A stretch of 64,000 nt of DNA from an uncultured delta proteobacterium (GCA_963775425.1 CAVZJB010000013.1:192001-256000), one strand, 5' to 3'. Shown: positions 28,885 through 39,701, counted from the stretch's first letter. Notes: generated from the letters alone by a model not told the origin. Numbers and translations are program-made.

Positions 28885-30489
28885 ATGCGCGCCGCGCACG
28901 TGTCCTCGGTGATCTTCGCCTGCGCCGCCGTCGCAGCCTGCACCGCCGCCTGTGATCCGCCGCGCTTCCTCTGCGAGAGCGACGCCGACTGCACCCCCGA
29001 CGCCTGCGTCGCCGGCGTCTGCGCCGCCGCCCGCCCCGCCGACGCCGGCCCCTCCGAAGGCGAAGGCGAAGGCGAGGGCGAGGGGGAAGGCGAAGGCGAA
29101 GGCGAGGGCGAGGGCGAGGGTGAGGGCGAGGGCGAGGGCGAAGGCGAAGGCGAGGGCTGCGCCCCCGGCGCGCACGACGGCGGCGACGGCGCCTGCGTCC
29201 CCGACGGCACCTGCAGCGCCGGCTTCCGCGACGGCGGCAGCGGCGCCTGCGTCCCCGACGGCACCTGCAGCCAGGGCTTCCACGAGGGCGGTGACGGCGC
29301 CTGCGTCGCGCTCGGTGAGTGCGCCGCGGGCTTTCACGACGGCGGCGGCGGCGCCTGCGTCACGCTCGACACGTGCAGCGACGGCTTCCACGACGGCGGC
29401 GACGGCGCCTGCGTCTCCGCGGACAGATGCAGCGCCGGCTTCACCCTCGCCGACGTGTTCCGCGACGCGGACGGCGACGGCTTCACCGCCGGCGGCGCGG
29501 TGCCGGGCTGCCTCGACAGCGACGGCAGCCCCCCGGCCGGGTTCGCCGTCGCGCGCCGGCCCGCGCCGGTGCTCCTCGTCGAGCCGGCGGCGCAGGACGG
29601 CGGCAACGGGGTCGGCAGCTGGGGCAACACCGTGGGCGCGCTTCGCCGCGACCAGAGCACCACCGGCGCGTTCATCGGCGGCGGACAGGTGCCGCACTCG
29701 ACGGCGCCCCTCGAGCTCCTCGACTTCCTGTGCGCGGCGCAGCCGAGCAGCGTCGACGGCGTGCGCGTGCGGCTCGACGGCGCCGAGGAGAGCCAGCTCG
29801 CCGGCGGCGCGAGCTACGCCATCGACGCGACGCTGTTCGTCGGCGGCGCGCTCACGGGGCACGACCGCAGCGTCGTGGTCGCGGGCGGCGCCTTCACGGC
29901 GCCGAAGGACGTGGTCGTCGGCGGCGAGGACGACACGTTCGGACTGAGCCTCACGCCCGACGACGTCTGCGATCCCGGCTTCGGCGTGGCGGTGACGTTC
30001 ACCGCGCAGTCGGTGTTCGGCGCCAGCGTCGACGTCGACGCCGTGCGCATCGAGGTCTTCGGCGCCGACGACTGCGACGACGCGGACGGCTCGGTCTACA
30101 TGCCCGCCACCGTCTTCGCCGACGCCGACGGTGACGGCTTCGGCGCAGGCGGCGGCCAGAGCGCGTGCGTCGGCGACGACGTGCGTGCGCAGGCCGACGC
30201 CATGCGCGACGACGACTGCGACGACGGCGACGGGCGCGCCTTCCTCGGCCAGGCCACGTTCTTCGACACGCCGACGGCGGGGGGCGGCTTCGACTTCAAC
30301 TGCGACCAGACCGTGACGAAGAAGAACATCAGCAGCGCCACCAGTTGCGTCGACACCGGCACCGGGACCTGCACGCACGACACCGTGACCGTGAGCGGGG
30401 AGTGCGGCGCCAACGTCACCGTGCACACCTGCCCGTCGGCGGCCCCGTGCAACCTGTCGGTGGGCTCGGTGAAGCAGGCGTGCCGCTGA
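28885..30489 (+). CDS. Cys-rich lipoprotein with (EG)17 tract, five 18-aa [14 protein letters not shown] repeats and DADGDG/DCDD putative metal-binding motifs
   Basis: Lipobox-like TAAC; CESDADC; GE tract 29056-29157; repeats ~29158-29430; [30 protein letters not shown]. Confidence 0.85.
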   Translation: MRAAHVSSVIFACAAVAACTAACDPPRFLCESDADCTPDACVAGVCAAARPADAGPSEGEGEGEGEGEGEGEGEGEGEGEGEGEGEGEGEGCAPGAHDGGDGACVPDGTCSAGFRDGGSGACVPDGTCSQGFHEGGDGACVALGECAAGFHDGGGGACVTLDTCSDGFHDGGDGACVSADRCSAGFTLADVFRDADGDGFTAGGAVPGCLDSDGSPPAGFAVARRPAPVLLVEPAAQDGGNGVGSWGNTVGALRRDQSTTGAFIGGGQVPHSTAPLELLDFLCAAQPSSVDGVRVRLDGAEESQLAGGASYAIDATLFVGGALTGHDRSVVVAGGAFTAPKDVVVGGEDDTFGLSLTPDDVCDPGFGVAVTFTAQSVFGASVDVDAVRIEVFGADDCDDADGSVYMPATVFADADGDGFGAGGGQSACVGDDVRAQADAMRDDDCDDGDGRAFLGQATFFDTPTAGGGFDFNCDQTVTKKNISSATSCVDTGTGTCTHDTVTVSGECGANVTVHTCPSAAPCNLSVGSVKQACR

Positions 30490-31871
30490 TGCCCCGCGGA
30501 GCGGTCGCGATCGGCGTCGCGGGCGCGCTGTGCGGCGCCCTCGGCTGCGCCGACGGTGTGTTCTTCGCGTGCGCCGGCGACGACGACTGCGGCGCCGGCC
30601 TCGTGTGCGTCGGCGGCACCTGCGCGCGCGCCCCCGCCGGCGGCGACGGGGGCACCGGCGACGACCAGGGCACCGCGGACGCCGGCCCCGACGACGCCGG
30701 TGACGGGCTCGACGCGGGCGACGGCCCCGACGCGGGCACCGGCGCCGACGCGGACCCCGACGACGCCGGTGACGGGCTCGACGCGGGCGACGGCCCCGAC
30801 GCGGGCACCGGCGCCGACGCGGGCACCGGCGACGCGGGCACCGGCGGCTGCCCCGCGGGGCTCGCGCCGCGCGAGCTCTTCCCCGACGCGGACGAGGACG
30901 GCTTCACCGGGCCGCCGGTGGTCGCCTGCGCCGGCGAACAGCCGCCTGCGGGCACGTCCTTCGCCGCGCGGCCGGCGCCGGTGTTCCTGGTGGCGCCGCA
31001 GCAGCGCGACGCGCAGGGCTGGGACAAGCTCGACAACCTCGACGTCGTCGACGGGCTCTTTTCCAAGGCCAGCTCCGCAGACAGCGGCAACACGCGCATC
31101 CTCACTCTCGCCGGCTTCACGTGCCTGAGCGCGCCGGACGAGGCCGGCGCCGTCGCCATGGTGCTCACCGGCGGCAGCGACGACGGCTCCCCGCGGGACG
31201 CCGACGTGGTCGTGTCCCTCTCGGCGGCGGGGCGGCAGTCCGCGGAGGAGCGCGCGTTCGCCACGTGGCCGCAGCGCAGCGACCCGTTCATCGACGTCAC
31301 CGTGGGCGGCGACGCGTTCGGCCTCGCGCTCTCCCCCGCGGACGTGTGCGCGCCCGACTTCGGGATCAACGTGCACTTCGAGACCCCGGACAACAACAAG
31401 CGCACCTTCCGCGTCGACGCCGTCGCGCTCGAGGTCTTCGGCGCCCCCGACTGCGACGACGGCGACCCGGCCGTGTTCTCCCCCGCGTCGGTGTTCCTCG
31501 ACGCCGACGGCGACGGCCACGGCGACCTCGCGCAACCGGCGTCGCTGTGCCTGGCGGACGGTGCGCTGCCCGAGGGCTTCGCCCCGAGCGGCGACGACTG
31601 CGACGACGTCGACCCGAAGGTCTTCACCGGCCAGACCGGCTTCTTCGGCGGCGAGACCGCGGGCGGCGGCTACGACTACAATTGCGACGGCAGCGAGGAG
31701 CCGAACGCCATCACCAGCGTCACCGCGTGCACCACGCCCGACGGCGGGCTCACCTGCAGCCGCAGCACGGTCACCCTCGCTCCAACCGCCTGCGGCAGCC
31801 CGATCACGGTCGGCTCCTGCAACGCCTCGTGCACGCTGACGACGTCGCAGGGCACGCAACTGTGCCGCTGA
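30489..31871 (+). CDS. Paralogue of the upstream lipoprotein, with a DAG-rich linker in place of (GE)n
   Basis: TGATG overlap; ALGC lipobox; shared RPAPV.LV.P, FGL.L.P.DVC.P.FG, VDAV..EVFGA.DCDD, F.DADGDG, D.NCD, terminal Q.CR; 69-bp duplication 30687-30824. Confidence 0.85.
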   Translation: MPRGAVAIGVAGALCGALGCADGVFFACAGDDDCGAGLVCVGGTCARAPAGGDGGTGDDQGTADAGPDDAGDGLDAGDGPDAGTGADADPDDAGDGLDAGDGPDAGTGADAGTGDAGTGGCPAGLAPRELFPDADEDGFTGPPVVACAGEQPPAGTSFAARPAPVFLVAPQQRDAQGWDKLDNLDVVDGLFSKASSADSGNTRILTLAGFTCLSAPDEAGAVAMVLTGGSDDGSPRDADVVVSLSAAGRQSAEERAFATWPQRSDPFIDVTVGGDAFGLALSPADVCAPDFGINVHFETPDNNKRTFRVDAVALEVFGAPDCDDGDPAVFSPASVFLDADGDGHGDLAQPASLCLADGALPEGFAPSGDDCDDVDPKVFTGQTGFFGGETAGGGYDYNCDGSEEPNAITSVTACTTPDGGLTCSRSTVTLAPTACGSPITVGSCNASCTLTTSQGTQLCR

Positions 31872-31921
31872 CGGCGCGCTTGTGCTGCCCTGATCACCGC
31901 GGTGTTGCTACCCTCCTCCTC

Positions 31922-32518
31922 GTGCTCCTCTTCCTCGCGCTCTCGTGCCTCGCCGCGGCTGCCCTCGGCAGCGTCGCCATCTACCAGCGCGGCGCCCACC
32001 ACCGCCTGGCCGCCGCCGACGGCACCGCGCGGCTGCCGCCCAAGAGCGAGCCGCAGCGCCCCGAGGTGACCGTGGAGACCTTGCAGCACGGCGACGTCGT
32101 CCTCGAGGGCACGGACGACTACGTCGTCATCGGCACGCTCGCGTACCGGGAGGAGCAGGACGCATGGAGCGTCCACGTGCTCGACGCCGGCGCCGCCCGC
32201 CGCTTCCTCGAGGTGCGCAAGCGCGGCGGCGTGCTGCGCACCGCGCTGTTCGACGCCGTCGAGGACGCGCCCATCCACGGCCACCTCGGCAACGGCCTCA
32301 CCTATCGCGACAAGCCGCTCACCGTGGAGGCCCGCGGCGACGCTCGCGTGGCCGTCAGCGGCGAAGCGGCCGAGCGCGCGCCCGGCCTGTTGAAGTACTC
32401 CCGTTACGCCGGCCCCGGCGGCGCGCTCCTGGTCGTCGAGGAGGAGGGCGCCGAGAAGCGCGCGTACTTCGGCGCCGCCGTCCCCGTCGACGGCCTCACC
32501 ATCTACCCGCACGCGTAG
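31922..32518 (+). CDS. Membrane-anchored DUF4178-like protein
   Basis: N-terminal TM; TLQHGDVV..DYVVIGTLAYRE..WSVHVL..RFLEV..LTYRDK pattern; TACCCT 7 nt before GTG 31922. Confidence 0.6.
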   Translation: MLLFLALSCLAAAALGSVAIYQRGAHHRLAAADGTARLPPKSEPQRPEVTVETLQHGDVVLEGTDDYVVIGTLAYREEQDAWSVHVLDAGAARRFLEVRKRGGVLRTALFDAVEDAPIHGHLGNGLTYRDKPLTVEARGDARVAVSGEAAERAPGLLKYSRYAGPGGALLVVEEEGAEKRAYFGAAVPVDGLTIYPHA

Positions 32519-32536
32519 CGCGGTGACGACGTAGGC

Positions 32537-33436
32537 CTACAGCTTCTGCAGCTGCTCGAAGCCGGGCAGCGACGAGAGGTCGGGGACCACCACGATCTCG
32601 ATGCGGCGGTTCTGCGCGCGGCCCTCGGGCGTGTCGTTCGCGGCCGCCGGCTTGTGGTCACCGAAGCTCGCGGCGCTCACCCGGTCCGCCGGCATGCCGG
32701 CGTCGACCATGGTCTTCAACACCGTGAGCGCGCGCGCGCTGGCCAGCTCCCAGTTGGACGGGAAGGCGTCGGTGTGGATGGGGACGTTGTCGGTGTGCCC
32801 CTCGATCTGGAAGCGCCGCTCGGGGATGCTGGCGAGCAGCCCGGCCACCTCCTGGATGTTCGCCTTGCCGTCCTTGGACAGCGCCGCCGACCCCGAGGAG
32901 AACAGCACGTCGCTGGCGAGGGCGACGACCATGCGGCCGTCGACGATCTTCACCTTGAGCTTGCCGGCGTCGATGAGCGCCTTGAAGCGCGACAGGAGCC
33001 CCTTGTACTCGGCGATGCGGCGGTCGGCCTCGGCCTTGCGCTTGGCCAGCTCGTCGAGCGCCTGCCTCATGTCGTCGACGGAGCTCTTGAGGGCGCTCTT
33101 GTCCTTCACCACCTGCGCCATGTCGGCGACAGCCTTGTCGAGCTGCGCCTGCAGCGCCTTCGCCTTGTCCTGCTCGGCCGCGATCTTCGCCTCCAGCGAG
33201 GTCTTGTCGACGGCGGCGCTCTTCTTCTCGGTGGCGAGGTCCTTTTGCAGGCCGTCGGCGCGGGCGTTGGCGACGTCGAGGTCGTGGTCGGTGGAGGCGA
33301 GGTCGAGCTGCGACTCGGCGAGCCTCTCCTTGGTCTCGGCGTACTGCTTCTGCAGCGCCTCGTGGGTGCCGAGGGAGACGCAGCCCTGGGCGGCGGCGAA
33401 CAACGAAGCGAGCGCGGCGGCGATGAGGACACGCAT
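32537..33436 (-). CDS. OmpA/MotB family lipoprotein with coiled coil
   Basis: Lipobox AQGC; long heptad region; DVLFSSGSA, IEGHTDNVPI, SNWELASARA, NRRIEI. Confidence 0.92.
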   Translation of the reverse strand: MRVLIAAALASLFAAAQGCVSLGTHEALQKQYAETKERLAESQLDLASTDHDLDVANARADGLQKDLATEKKSAAVDKTSLEAKIAAEQDKAKALQAQLDKAVADMAQVVKDKSALKSSVDDMRQALDELAKRKAEADRRIAEYKGLLSRFKALIDAGKLKVKIVDGRMVVALASDVLFSSGSAALSKDGKANIQEVAGLLASIPERRFQIEGHTDNVPIHTDAFPSNWELASARALTVLKTMVDAGMPADRVSAASFGDHKPAAANDTPEGRAQNRRIEIVVVPDLSSLPGFEQLQKL

Positions 33437-33466
33437 GCGCGCCGCTTACCACGCTAGGCTAGGCGG

Positions 33467-34789
33467 GTGGACAGGATCGTGCGCGACCGCAACGGCGTCG
33501 GCCGGCGCATCTGGCGTCGTCGACGCCGGCGCGGATCGAGCGGCACGTTGGGCGCCCGGCGCCCGGGGGCGGACGGACAGGAGCCCGAGCCGTTGCTCGA
33601 CCTCGTGGTCGATGAGCCGCCGCCGCCGCCCCCGAAGAAGCGCGGCCTGCTCGCCAGTCTCCGCGGCGCGCTCCGCGGCGAAAAGAACCCCGTGAAGCAG
33701 AAGAAGCCGCCGCCCGACCCGCCGTACCTCGTCGTCGACCCCACCCGCGACGTGCTCGCCGTCCCGCGCGGCGCGGCCCGCCTCGACGCGTTCGAGAAGG
33801 CCATCAAGACGTGCCCGCAAGGCACGCCGCAATTCCGCGCGCTCGCGCTCGCCTTCCACAGGGAGCTGCTCGCGCTCACCGAGGGCGCCGGCGTGGACCT
33901 CTCGCTGTACGAGACGCGGGTCGAGGCGTGCGCCCGGGCGCTCATCGCCGCGGGCGAGGAGGAGCGCGCGGGCACGCTCTTTTTGCGCGTGGGCCGGCGC
34001 CACCAGGCCGCGGAGCTGTTCGTCGCCGCGGGCGCCATCGACGCGCTCGAGGAGGCGCACGCGCAGATCCAATGGGACGAGGGCGGCCCCAAGCACGACG
34101 CCCGCATGAGCTTCGAGCGCTTCGAGGCGCTGTTCCTCGTGGGGCTGCGCGACCAGGCGTTCGACGCGCTCGAGCGCGCGCACCGGCTGTGGGGCGACAA
34201 CCCCGTCTACACCGAGATCTACAACACCTTCACCGAGCGCCTCGGCGCGGCGCACCGGCTGTCGCTGTCGTCGGGGAGCAAGGCGCTCGTCGTGCTCGGC
34301 GCGTGGCCGGTCGTCATCGGGCGCGGCGAAGAGGCGGGCGTGCGCCTGGCGAGCCCGCTCATCTCGCGCGCGCACCTGAAGCTCGAGCGCAAGGACGGCG
34401 CGCTCGTGGTGGTCGACCTCGAGAGCCGCGGCGGCACGCGCATCGGCGGCGCGCCGCTCGTCGGCAAGCAGGTGCTGGAGCCGGGCGCGGAGATCGACAT
34501 GGCCGGCGTCGTCGTGCGCACCGCCGCCGCGCCGGGCGGGCTGTGGCTCGTGCCCGCGCTCGCCCCCGACCGGCGCACCTTCGCCGCCATCGCCGCCGAC
34601 GTCGCCCTTCCCGGCCCCGACTTCGGCGGCGGCGCCGGCGTGCGCGTGCGCTTCGACGCGCGCGGCCGCGCGGTGCTCGTGCCGCCCGCGACGCTCAACG
34701 GCGAGCCGCTCAAGCGCCCGACGCTCCTGCTCGACGGGGATCGCGTCGGCGCCCGGGGCAGCGTGTGGACGGTTGCCCGGCGGACGTGA
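33467..34789 (+). CDS. FHA-domain protein with a TPR-like helical region
   Basis: VIGRGEEAGVRLASPLISRAH..VVDLESRGGT (FHA GR/SxxH/GT); TAGGCT 6 nt before the GTG. Confidence 0.8.
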   Translation: MDRIVRDRNGVGRRIWRRRRRRGSSGTLGARRPGADGQEPEPLLDLVVDEPPPPPPKKRGLLASLRGALRGEKNPVKQKKPPPDPPYLVVDPTRDVLAVPRGAARLDAFEKAIKTCPQGTPQFRALALAFHRELLALTEGAGVDLSLYETRVEACARALIAAGEEERAGTLFLRVGRRHQAAELFVAAGAIDALEEAHAQIQWDEGGPKHDARMSFERFEALFLVGLRDQAFDALERAHRLWGDNPVYTEIYNTFTERLGAAHRLSLSSGSKALVVLGAWPVVIGRGEEAGVRLASPLISRAHLKLERKDGALVVVDLESRGGTRIGGAPLVGKQVLEPGAEIDMAGVVVRTAAAPGGLWLVPALAPDRRTFAAIAADVALPGPDFGGGAGVRVRFDARGRAVLVPPATLNGEPLKRPTLLLDGDRVGARGSVWTVARRT

Positions 34790-34791
34790 CC

Positions 34792-34903
34792 AGCGACCGG
34801 AGGGAGCGGCCGCGTTGATAGCGACCGGAGGGGGCGGCCGCGCTGATAGCGACCGGAGGGAGCGGCCGCGCTGATAGCGACCGGAGGGAGCGGCCGCGCT
34901 GAT
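34792..34903. repeat. Four tandem copies of a 28-bp intergenic repeat
   Basis: agcgaccggagggagcggccgcg(c/t)tgat at 34792, 34820, 34848 and 34876; no spacers. Confidence 0.95.
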
Positions 34904-35026
34904 CACGCCGAACCGCGCGCCCGGCGACCTCGTACCCTCCGCATGGGGTCGCCGTGTGCTCGTCTGCCTGGATTGCGCTGGGTCACACAGCGTGGCACGC
35001 CTCGACGCCGTACGGGAGCGCTTCTC

Positions 35027-35638
35027 TTGGCGTCGACGGGGCACACAAGCGGCAAGTCCGACACCGGCGCCAACGACGAGGACGCCGCGCTCGTCCGCGC
35101 CGTCGCCGCGGGCGACAAGCGCTCGCTGGCGCGGCTGTACGAGCGCTACGCGGGCCAGCTCCTGGCGCTCGGCATCCGCATGCTCGGCGTGCGCAGCGAG
35201 GCGGAAGACCTCTTGCACGACGTGATGCTCGAGGTGTGGAAGCGCGCCGGCGACTACGACCCCGCCCGCGGCACCGTGCGCGCGTGGATCTGCCTGCGCA
35301 TGCGCAGCCGCGCGCTCGACCGCAAGAAGTCGCCGCGCGTGGCGCGCGCGGTCACCTGGGACGACGCGCGCGCCGCGCAGACGGAGGCGCCCGCGATGGA
35401 TCCGGGGCTGCGCATGGAGCGTCAGCGCGTGCGCGAGGCGCTGTCGACCTTGAGCGCGGACCAGCGCGCCGTCGTCGACGCGTGCTACTTCGCCGGCCTG
35501 TCGACGGCGGAGGCGGCGGAGAAGCTCGGCTGTCCGGTGGGCACGGTGAAGTCGCGGCTGAGCGCGGCGCGCGAGCGGCTGCGCGCGGCGCTCGGCGACG
35601 CGGGGGCGACGACGGGGGCGGGAGGCACGGCGCCATGA
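35027..35638 (+). CDS. ECF sigma-70 factor (SigK/RpoE-like)
   Basis: DAALVRAVAAGD..LYERY, AEDLLHDVMLEVW, YFAGLSTAEAAEKLGCPVGTVKSRL; GGAG before TTG 35027 (alternative ATG 34943). Confidence 0.92.
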   Translation: MASTGHTSGKSDTGANDEDAALVRAVAAGDKRSLARLYERYAGQLLALGIRMLGVRSEAEDLLHDVMLEVWKRAGDYDPARGTVRAWICLRMRSRALDRKKSPRVARAVTWDDARAAQTEAPAMDPGLRMERQRVREALSTLSADQRAVVDACYFAGLSTAEAAEKLGCPVGTVKSRLSAARERLRAALGDAGATTGAGGTAP

Positions 35639-36201
35639 CGCAAAGCAAGCGCCCTGACGACGACGAGCTCGACGTGGAGCTGTTCGGCGCGCTCACCGAC
35701 GCGCTGCCGGCGGAGGCGCCGCCGCCGGCGCTCTTCGAGCGGCTGATGAAGTCCGTCGACGCCGAGAGCCGCCTGGGGGATCGCTTCGCCGCGAAGATGG
35801 CCGCCATCATCGACGTCGCGCGCGACACCGCGCAGGCGTTGCTCGACGCCATCGACGACGCCGCGCGCTGGGTGCAGAGCCCGCTGCCCGGAGTGTCGCT
35901 GTTCCACATCGAGGGCGGGCCCGCGGTGGCAAACGCCATCGTCGGCTTCGTGCGCATGCCGCCGGGCGCGGTGTTCCCCACCCACACCCACTCCGGCGAC
36001 GAGATCGTGCTTATCCTGCAGGGCGGCTGCGTGGACGACCAGGGCGTCACGCACCGCGCCGGCGAGGAGCACCGCATGCCCGCCGGCAGCACCCACCGGC
36101 TCACGGCGCTGCCGGGGCCCGACTTCGTCTACCTGAGCGTGGTGCACAACGGCTTCGACATCGGCGACGACCACTTCGGGCCGGACTCCCCCGACATGTG
36201 A
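35635..36201 (+). CDS. Anti-sigma factor with ChrR-like cupin domain
   Basis: ATGA overlap with the sigma gene; APPPALFERLM; FPTHTHSGDEIVLILQGG..MPAGSTH cupin motif. Confidence 0.85.
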   Translation: MTQSKRPDDDELDVELFGALTDALPAEAPPPALFERLMKSVDAESRLGDRFAAKMAAIIDVARDTAQALLDAIDDAARWVQSPLPGVSLFHIEGGPAVANAIVGFVRMPPGAVFPTHTHSGDEIVLILQGGCVDDQGVTHRAGEEHRMPAGSTHRLTALPGPDFVYLSVVHNGFDIGDDHFGPDSPDM

Positions 36202-36279
36202 CGCGCTGACGCCGCCGTGATCCGCTCACGGCGGCGGGCCCCCGTGGCGCGCCGGGCCGCGGCGTGGCAGGACAAGGGG

Positions 36280-37011
<732 letters not shown>

Positions 37012-37062
37012 AGGCGCGACGCGCGCGCCGGTCCGAACGCTCCCGGCACGCCCATCCGCGTC

Positions 37063-38007
37063 TCAGCGACTGAACGACACGAGCGGGACGTCGGCCATGG
37101 TGCGCAGGCCCGGCGCCGCGTTCATCACGGCCGGGATGGCGTTGACGACGATGGACGCGGTGGCGACGTCGCCGTGGACGCCGCCGGCCAGGGTGACGTC
37201 GAGGGCGGGATCGCCGTCGATAACGATGTGGTCGCGCGCGCCGTCCTGGCCGAACACTGCCCGGAACGACAGCTCCACGACGACGCTCCCGCCGGCGCTG
37301 GCGCGGCCGATCTGCTCGACGCCGAGCACCTGACCCGGGAGGACCGTGCGCCCGGCTCGCTCGATCACCGCGCCGGCGACGACGACGTCGGACTGCTCTT
37401 GGTAGCCGTCCACGGCGAAGCCGAGGCGCGCGGCGAGCAGCGCGGCGCTCTCCTTGAGGCCGACGTGACCGGTCTTGCCCGCGCGCAGCGCGTCGCGGAC
37501 GTCGTCGGGGGCGAGACCCACGCCCACCTTGTCCTGGAACGGGCGGCGGCGCGCGGACGCGTCCTGCACGCGCTCGACGCGCACGCGCTCGACGCGGCGA
37601 CAGGGGGCGGTGAGGAAGAGCGGCAGCGCGTCCATGAGGAACCCGGGGTTCACGCCCGTCCCGAGGACCGCCACGCCCCGCTCCTTGGCGGCGGCGTCGA
37701 TGCGCTCGGCGAGGGCGCGGCGCGTCCAGGGCCAGGCGAGCTCCTCGCAAGTGGAGACCACGGCCATGCCGCGGCCGACGACGTCGAGGATGAGCGGCGT
37801 GAGCTTTTCGAGCGACGACGTGGTGGTGAGCACGGCGACCTTGGCGTCGTCGGGCGGCGCGCCGGTGACGCGGGCGCCTGCGACGTCGATGCCGATCTTG
37901 CGCGGATCGACGTCGACGACGCCACAGAGCGTGAGCGAAGGCCGCGCGCAGATCTCCTCCGCCACGCGCACCCCGATGGGACCGGCTCCGACGACGACGA
38001 CGCGCAC
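37063..38007 (-). CDS. NAD(P)-dependent dihydrodipicolinate reductase-like / 2,4-diaminopentanoate dehydrogenase (Ord)-like protein
   Basis: VVVGAGPIG Rossmann motif, VSTCEEL, LGTGVNPGFLMD, GHVGLKES, GGVHGDVAT, AAPGLRTMAD; GGAGG RBS. Confidence 0.8.
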   Translation of the reverse strand: MRVVVVGAGPIGVRVAEEICARPSLTLCGVVDVDPRKIGIDVAGARVTGAPPDDAKVAVLTTTSSLEKLTPLILDVVGRGMAVVSTCEELAWPWTRRALAERIDAAAKERGVAVLGTGVNPGFLMDALPLFLTAPCRRVERVRVERVQDASARRRPFQDKVGVGLAPDDVRDALRAGKTGHVGLKESAALLAARLGFAVDGYQEQSDVVVAGAVIERAGRTVLPGQVLGVEQIGRASAGGSVVVELSFRAVFGQDGARDHIVIDGDPALDVTLAGGVHGDVATASIVVNAIPAVMNAAPGLRTMADVPLVSFSR

Positions 38008-38093
38008 GATGACCTCCCGGCGACCTCGTGCTCCCCATGGTGCCACGCCGCGCGGCGCCTTGTCCGATCCCGGGGCGCGCGCTACTGCGGCGC

Positions 38094-38729
38094 ATGTCCT
38101 GGGACCGTGAGCAGATCGCGAAGAAGGCGGCGGACTTCGTCGAGGACGGCCAGGTGTTGAACCTGGGCATCGGCATCCCCACGCTGGTGGCCAACCACCT
38201 CGAGGGCAAGGACGTCTTCATCCACAGCGAAAACGGCCTGCTCGGCATGGGCCCGTTCCCGTTCGAGGGCGAAGAGGACCCGCAGCTCATCAACGCGGGC
38301 AAGCAGACGGTGACGGTGCTCCCGGGCGGGAGCACCTTCGACAGCTCGCTGTCCTTCGCCATGATCCGCGGCGGCCACGTCGACGTCGCCATGCTCGGCG
38401 CCATGGAGGTTGCCCAAAACGGCGACCTCGCCAACTGGCAGGTGCCCGGGCACAAGGTCACCGGCATGGGCGGCGCCATGGACCTCGTCAGCGGCGCGCG
38501 CCGCGTGGTCTGCCTGATGACCCACACCGACAAGAGCGGCAAGAAGAAGCTCGTGGACGCGTGCACGCTGCCGCTCACGGGGCTCCGCTGCGTCGACGTC
38601 GTCATCACCGACCTTGGCGTGTTCGACGTCGACAAGGACGGCGGTTGCTTCGTGGTGCGCGAGCTCGCGGACGGCGTCACGCTCGACGACGTGCGCGCGA
38701 AGACCGGCGGCTCGCTCCGCGCAGCCTGA
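38094..38729 (+). CDS. 3-oxoacid CoA-transferase subunit B (ScoB/AtoA/PcaJ family)
   Basis: VLNLGIGIPT, HSENG catalytic Glu, INAGKQ, MIRGGH, GMGGAMDL, CTLPLTG. Confidence 0.93.
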   Translation: MSWDREQIAKKAADFVEDGQVLNLGIGIPTLVANHLEGKDVFIHSENGLLGMGPFPFEGEEDPQLINAGKQTVTVLPGGSTFDSSLSFAMIRGGHVDVAMLGAMEVAQNGDLANWQVPGHKVTGMGGAMDLVSGARRVVCLMTHTDKSGKKKLVDACTLPLTGLRCVDVVITDLGVFDVDKDGGCFVVRELADGVTLDDVRAKTGGSLRAA

Positions 38730-38745
38730 TGCGGCCTCGCCGGCG

Positions 38746-39603
38746 TCAGGTCGTCGCGACCAGGAGCTCCTCGGCGTTGTTGGGCGGACGAAGGCCGTCG
38801 GTCCTGCCGGCGAAGTAGCGCTCGGCCAGGGCGGCGGCCGAGACGTGCTTCGCCTGTCGAAAGCCGGCCTCGCGGGCGAGCGCGACGATCTCCGCAGGCA
38901 TGAAGAAGCTGATGAACGGCGTCCCGCTCGCCCGCGCACCCTTCGCGGCTTGCTCCATGCCGGGGCGGACCTCGGGGTCGGCGAGCTCTATCGGCAACAA
39001 GAACGACATGACCAGCGTGGACCCCGGCGCGAGCGCCGCCACCTGGTGCAGCGTGGCGGCGACGGCGTCCTTGGTGAGGTACATGCTGACGCCGGTGGAG
39101 GCCACGACGGCGGACCGCTTGGTGTCGAAGCCCGCGGCCGTCAGCTTTTCCCACCACGCGCCGCCGGCCTCGAAGTCGACGGGCACGAGGCGCAGGAACG
39201 GCGGGACGCCGAAGCCGGTCTCGACGAGGCGGCGGCGCTTCCACGCCTGTGGCCCGGGCTGGTCGACCTCGAACACCACCATCTTCGACGCGAGCTCGGG
39301 CCGGCGCTGCGCGAAGGTGTCGAGGCCGGCGCCGAGGATGACGTACTGGTCGACGCCGCGCGCCGCCTGCTCGCCGACGAGGTCCTCGATGAAGCGGGCG
39401 CGCGCCACGATGGACGCGCGGAACGGCCGCGTGAACGGGCTCATGTCCGGGCGGTCCCGCCAGCCTTCTTCCGGCGCCACCAGCTTCAGGCCGACGGCGT
39501 CGTCGAGCACGTGCGGCGGCGGGTCGGCCACGACGTGCAAGGCGCGCCACAGGGCCGTGCGCACCGCGGTGTTGTCCGGCTCGGCGTCATGCTCTTGTGA
39601 CAT
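38746..39603 (-). CDS. SAM-dependent methyltransferase, LCM (leucine carboxyl methyltransferase-like) family
   Basis: TAVRTALWRALH, ARARFIED, QYVILGAGLDTFA, FEVDQP, VPVDFE, GVSMYLT. Confidence 0.9.
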   Translation of the reverse strand: MSQEHDAEPDNTAVRTALWRALHVVADPPPHVLDDAVGLKLVAPEEGWRDRPDMSPFTRPFRASIVARARFIEDLVGEQAARGVDQYVILGAGLDTFAQRRPELASKMVVFEVDQPGPQAWKRRRLVETGFGVPPFLRLVPVDFEAGGAWWEKLTAAGFDTKRSAVVASTGVSMYLTKDAVAATLHQVAALAPGSTLVMSFLLPIELADPEVRPGMEQAAKGARASGTPFISFFMPAEIVALAREAGFRQAKHVSAAALAERYFAGRTDGLRPPNNAEELLVATT

Positions 39604-39625
39604 CGCGTTCCTCCGGCCCCCGACC

Positions 39626-39649
39626 GTAGGGCGGGGGCTCGTCCCCCGC
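39626..39649 (+). repeat. GTAG-type REP-like palindrome, copy 2
   Basis: gtagggcgggggctcgtcccccgc (GCGGGGG/CCCCCGC stem). Confidence 0.8.
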
Positions 39650-39701
39650 ATCGAGAAAGTGAACGCGGCCGGCGACGAGCGCGGCGTGGTACGGATCAGC
39701 G

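Noticed and set aside
32537-33436. Flagellar stator motB
   Set aside because: It has a lipobox and coiled coil instead of the MotB TM with conserved Asp, and no motA neighbour.
34792-34903. 28-bp repeats as a CRISPR array
   Set aside because: The units are directly adjacent with no spacers, and no cas genes are in the window.
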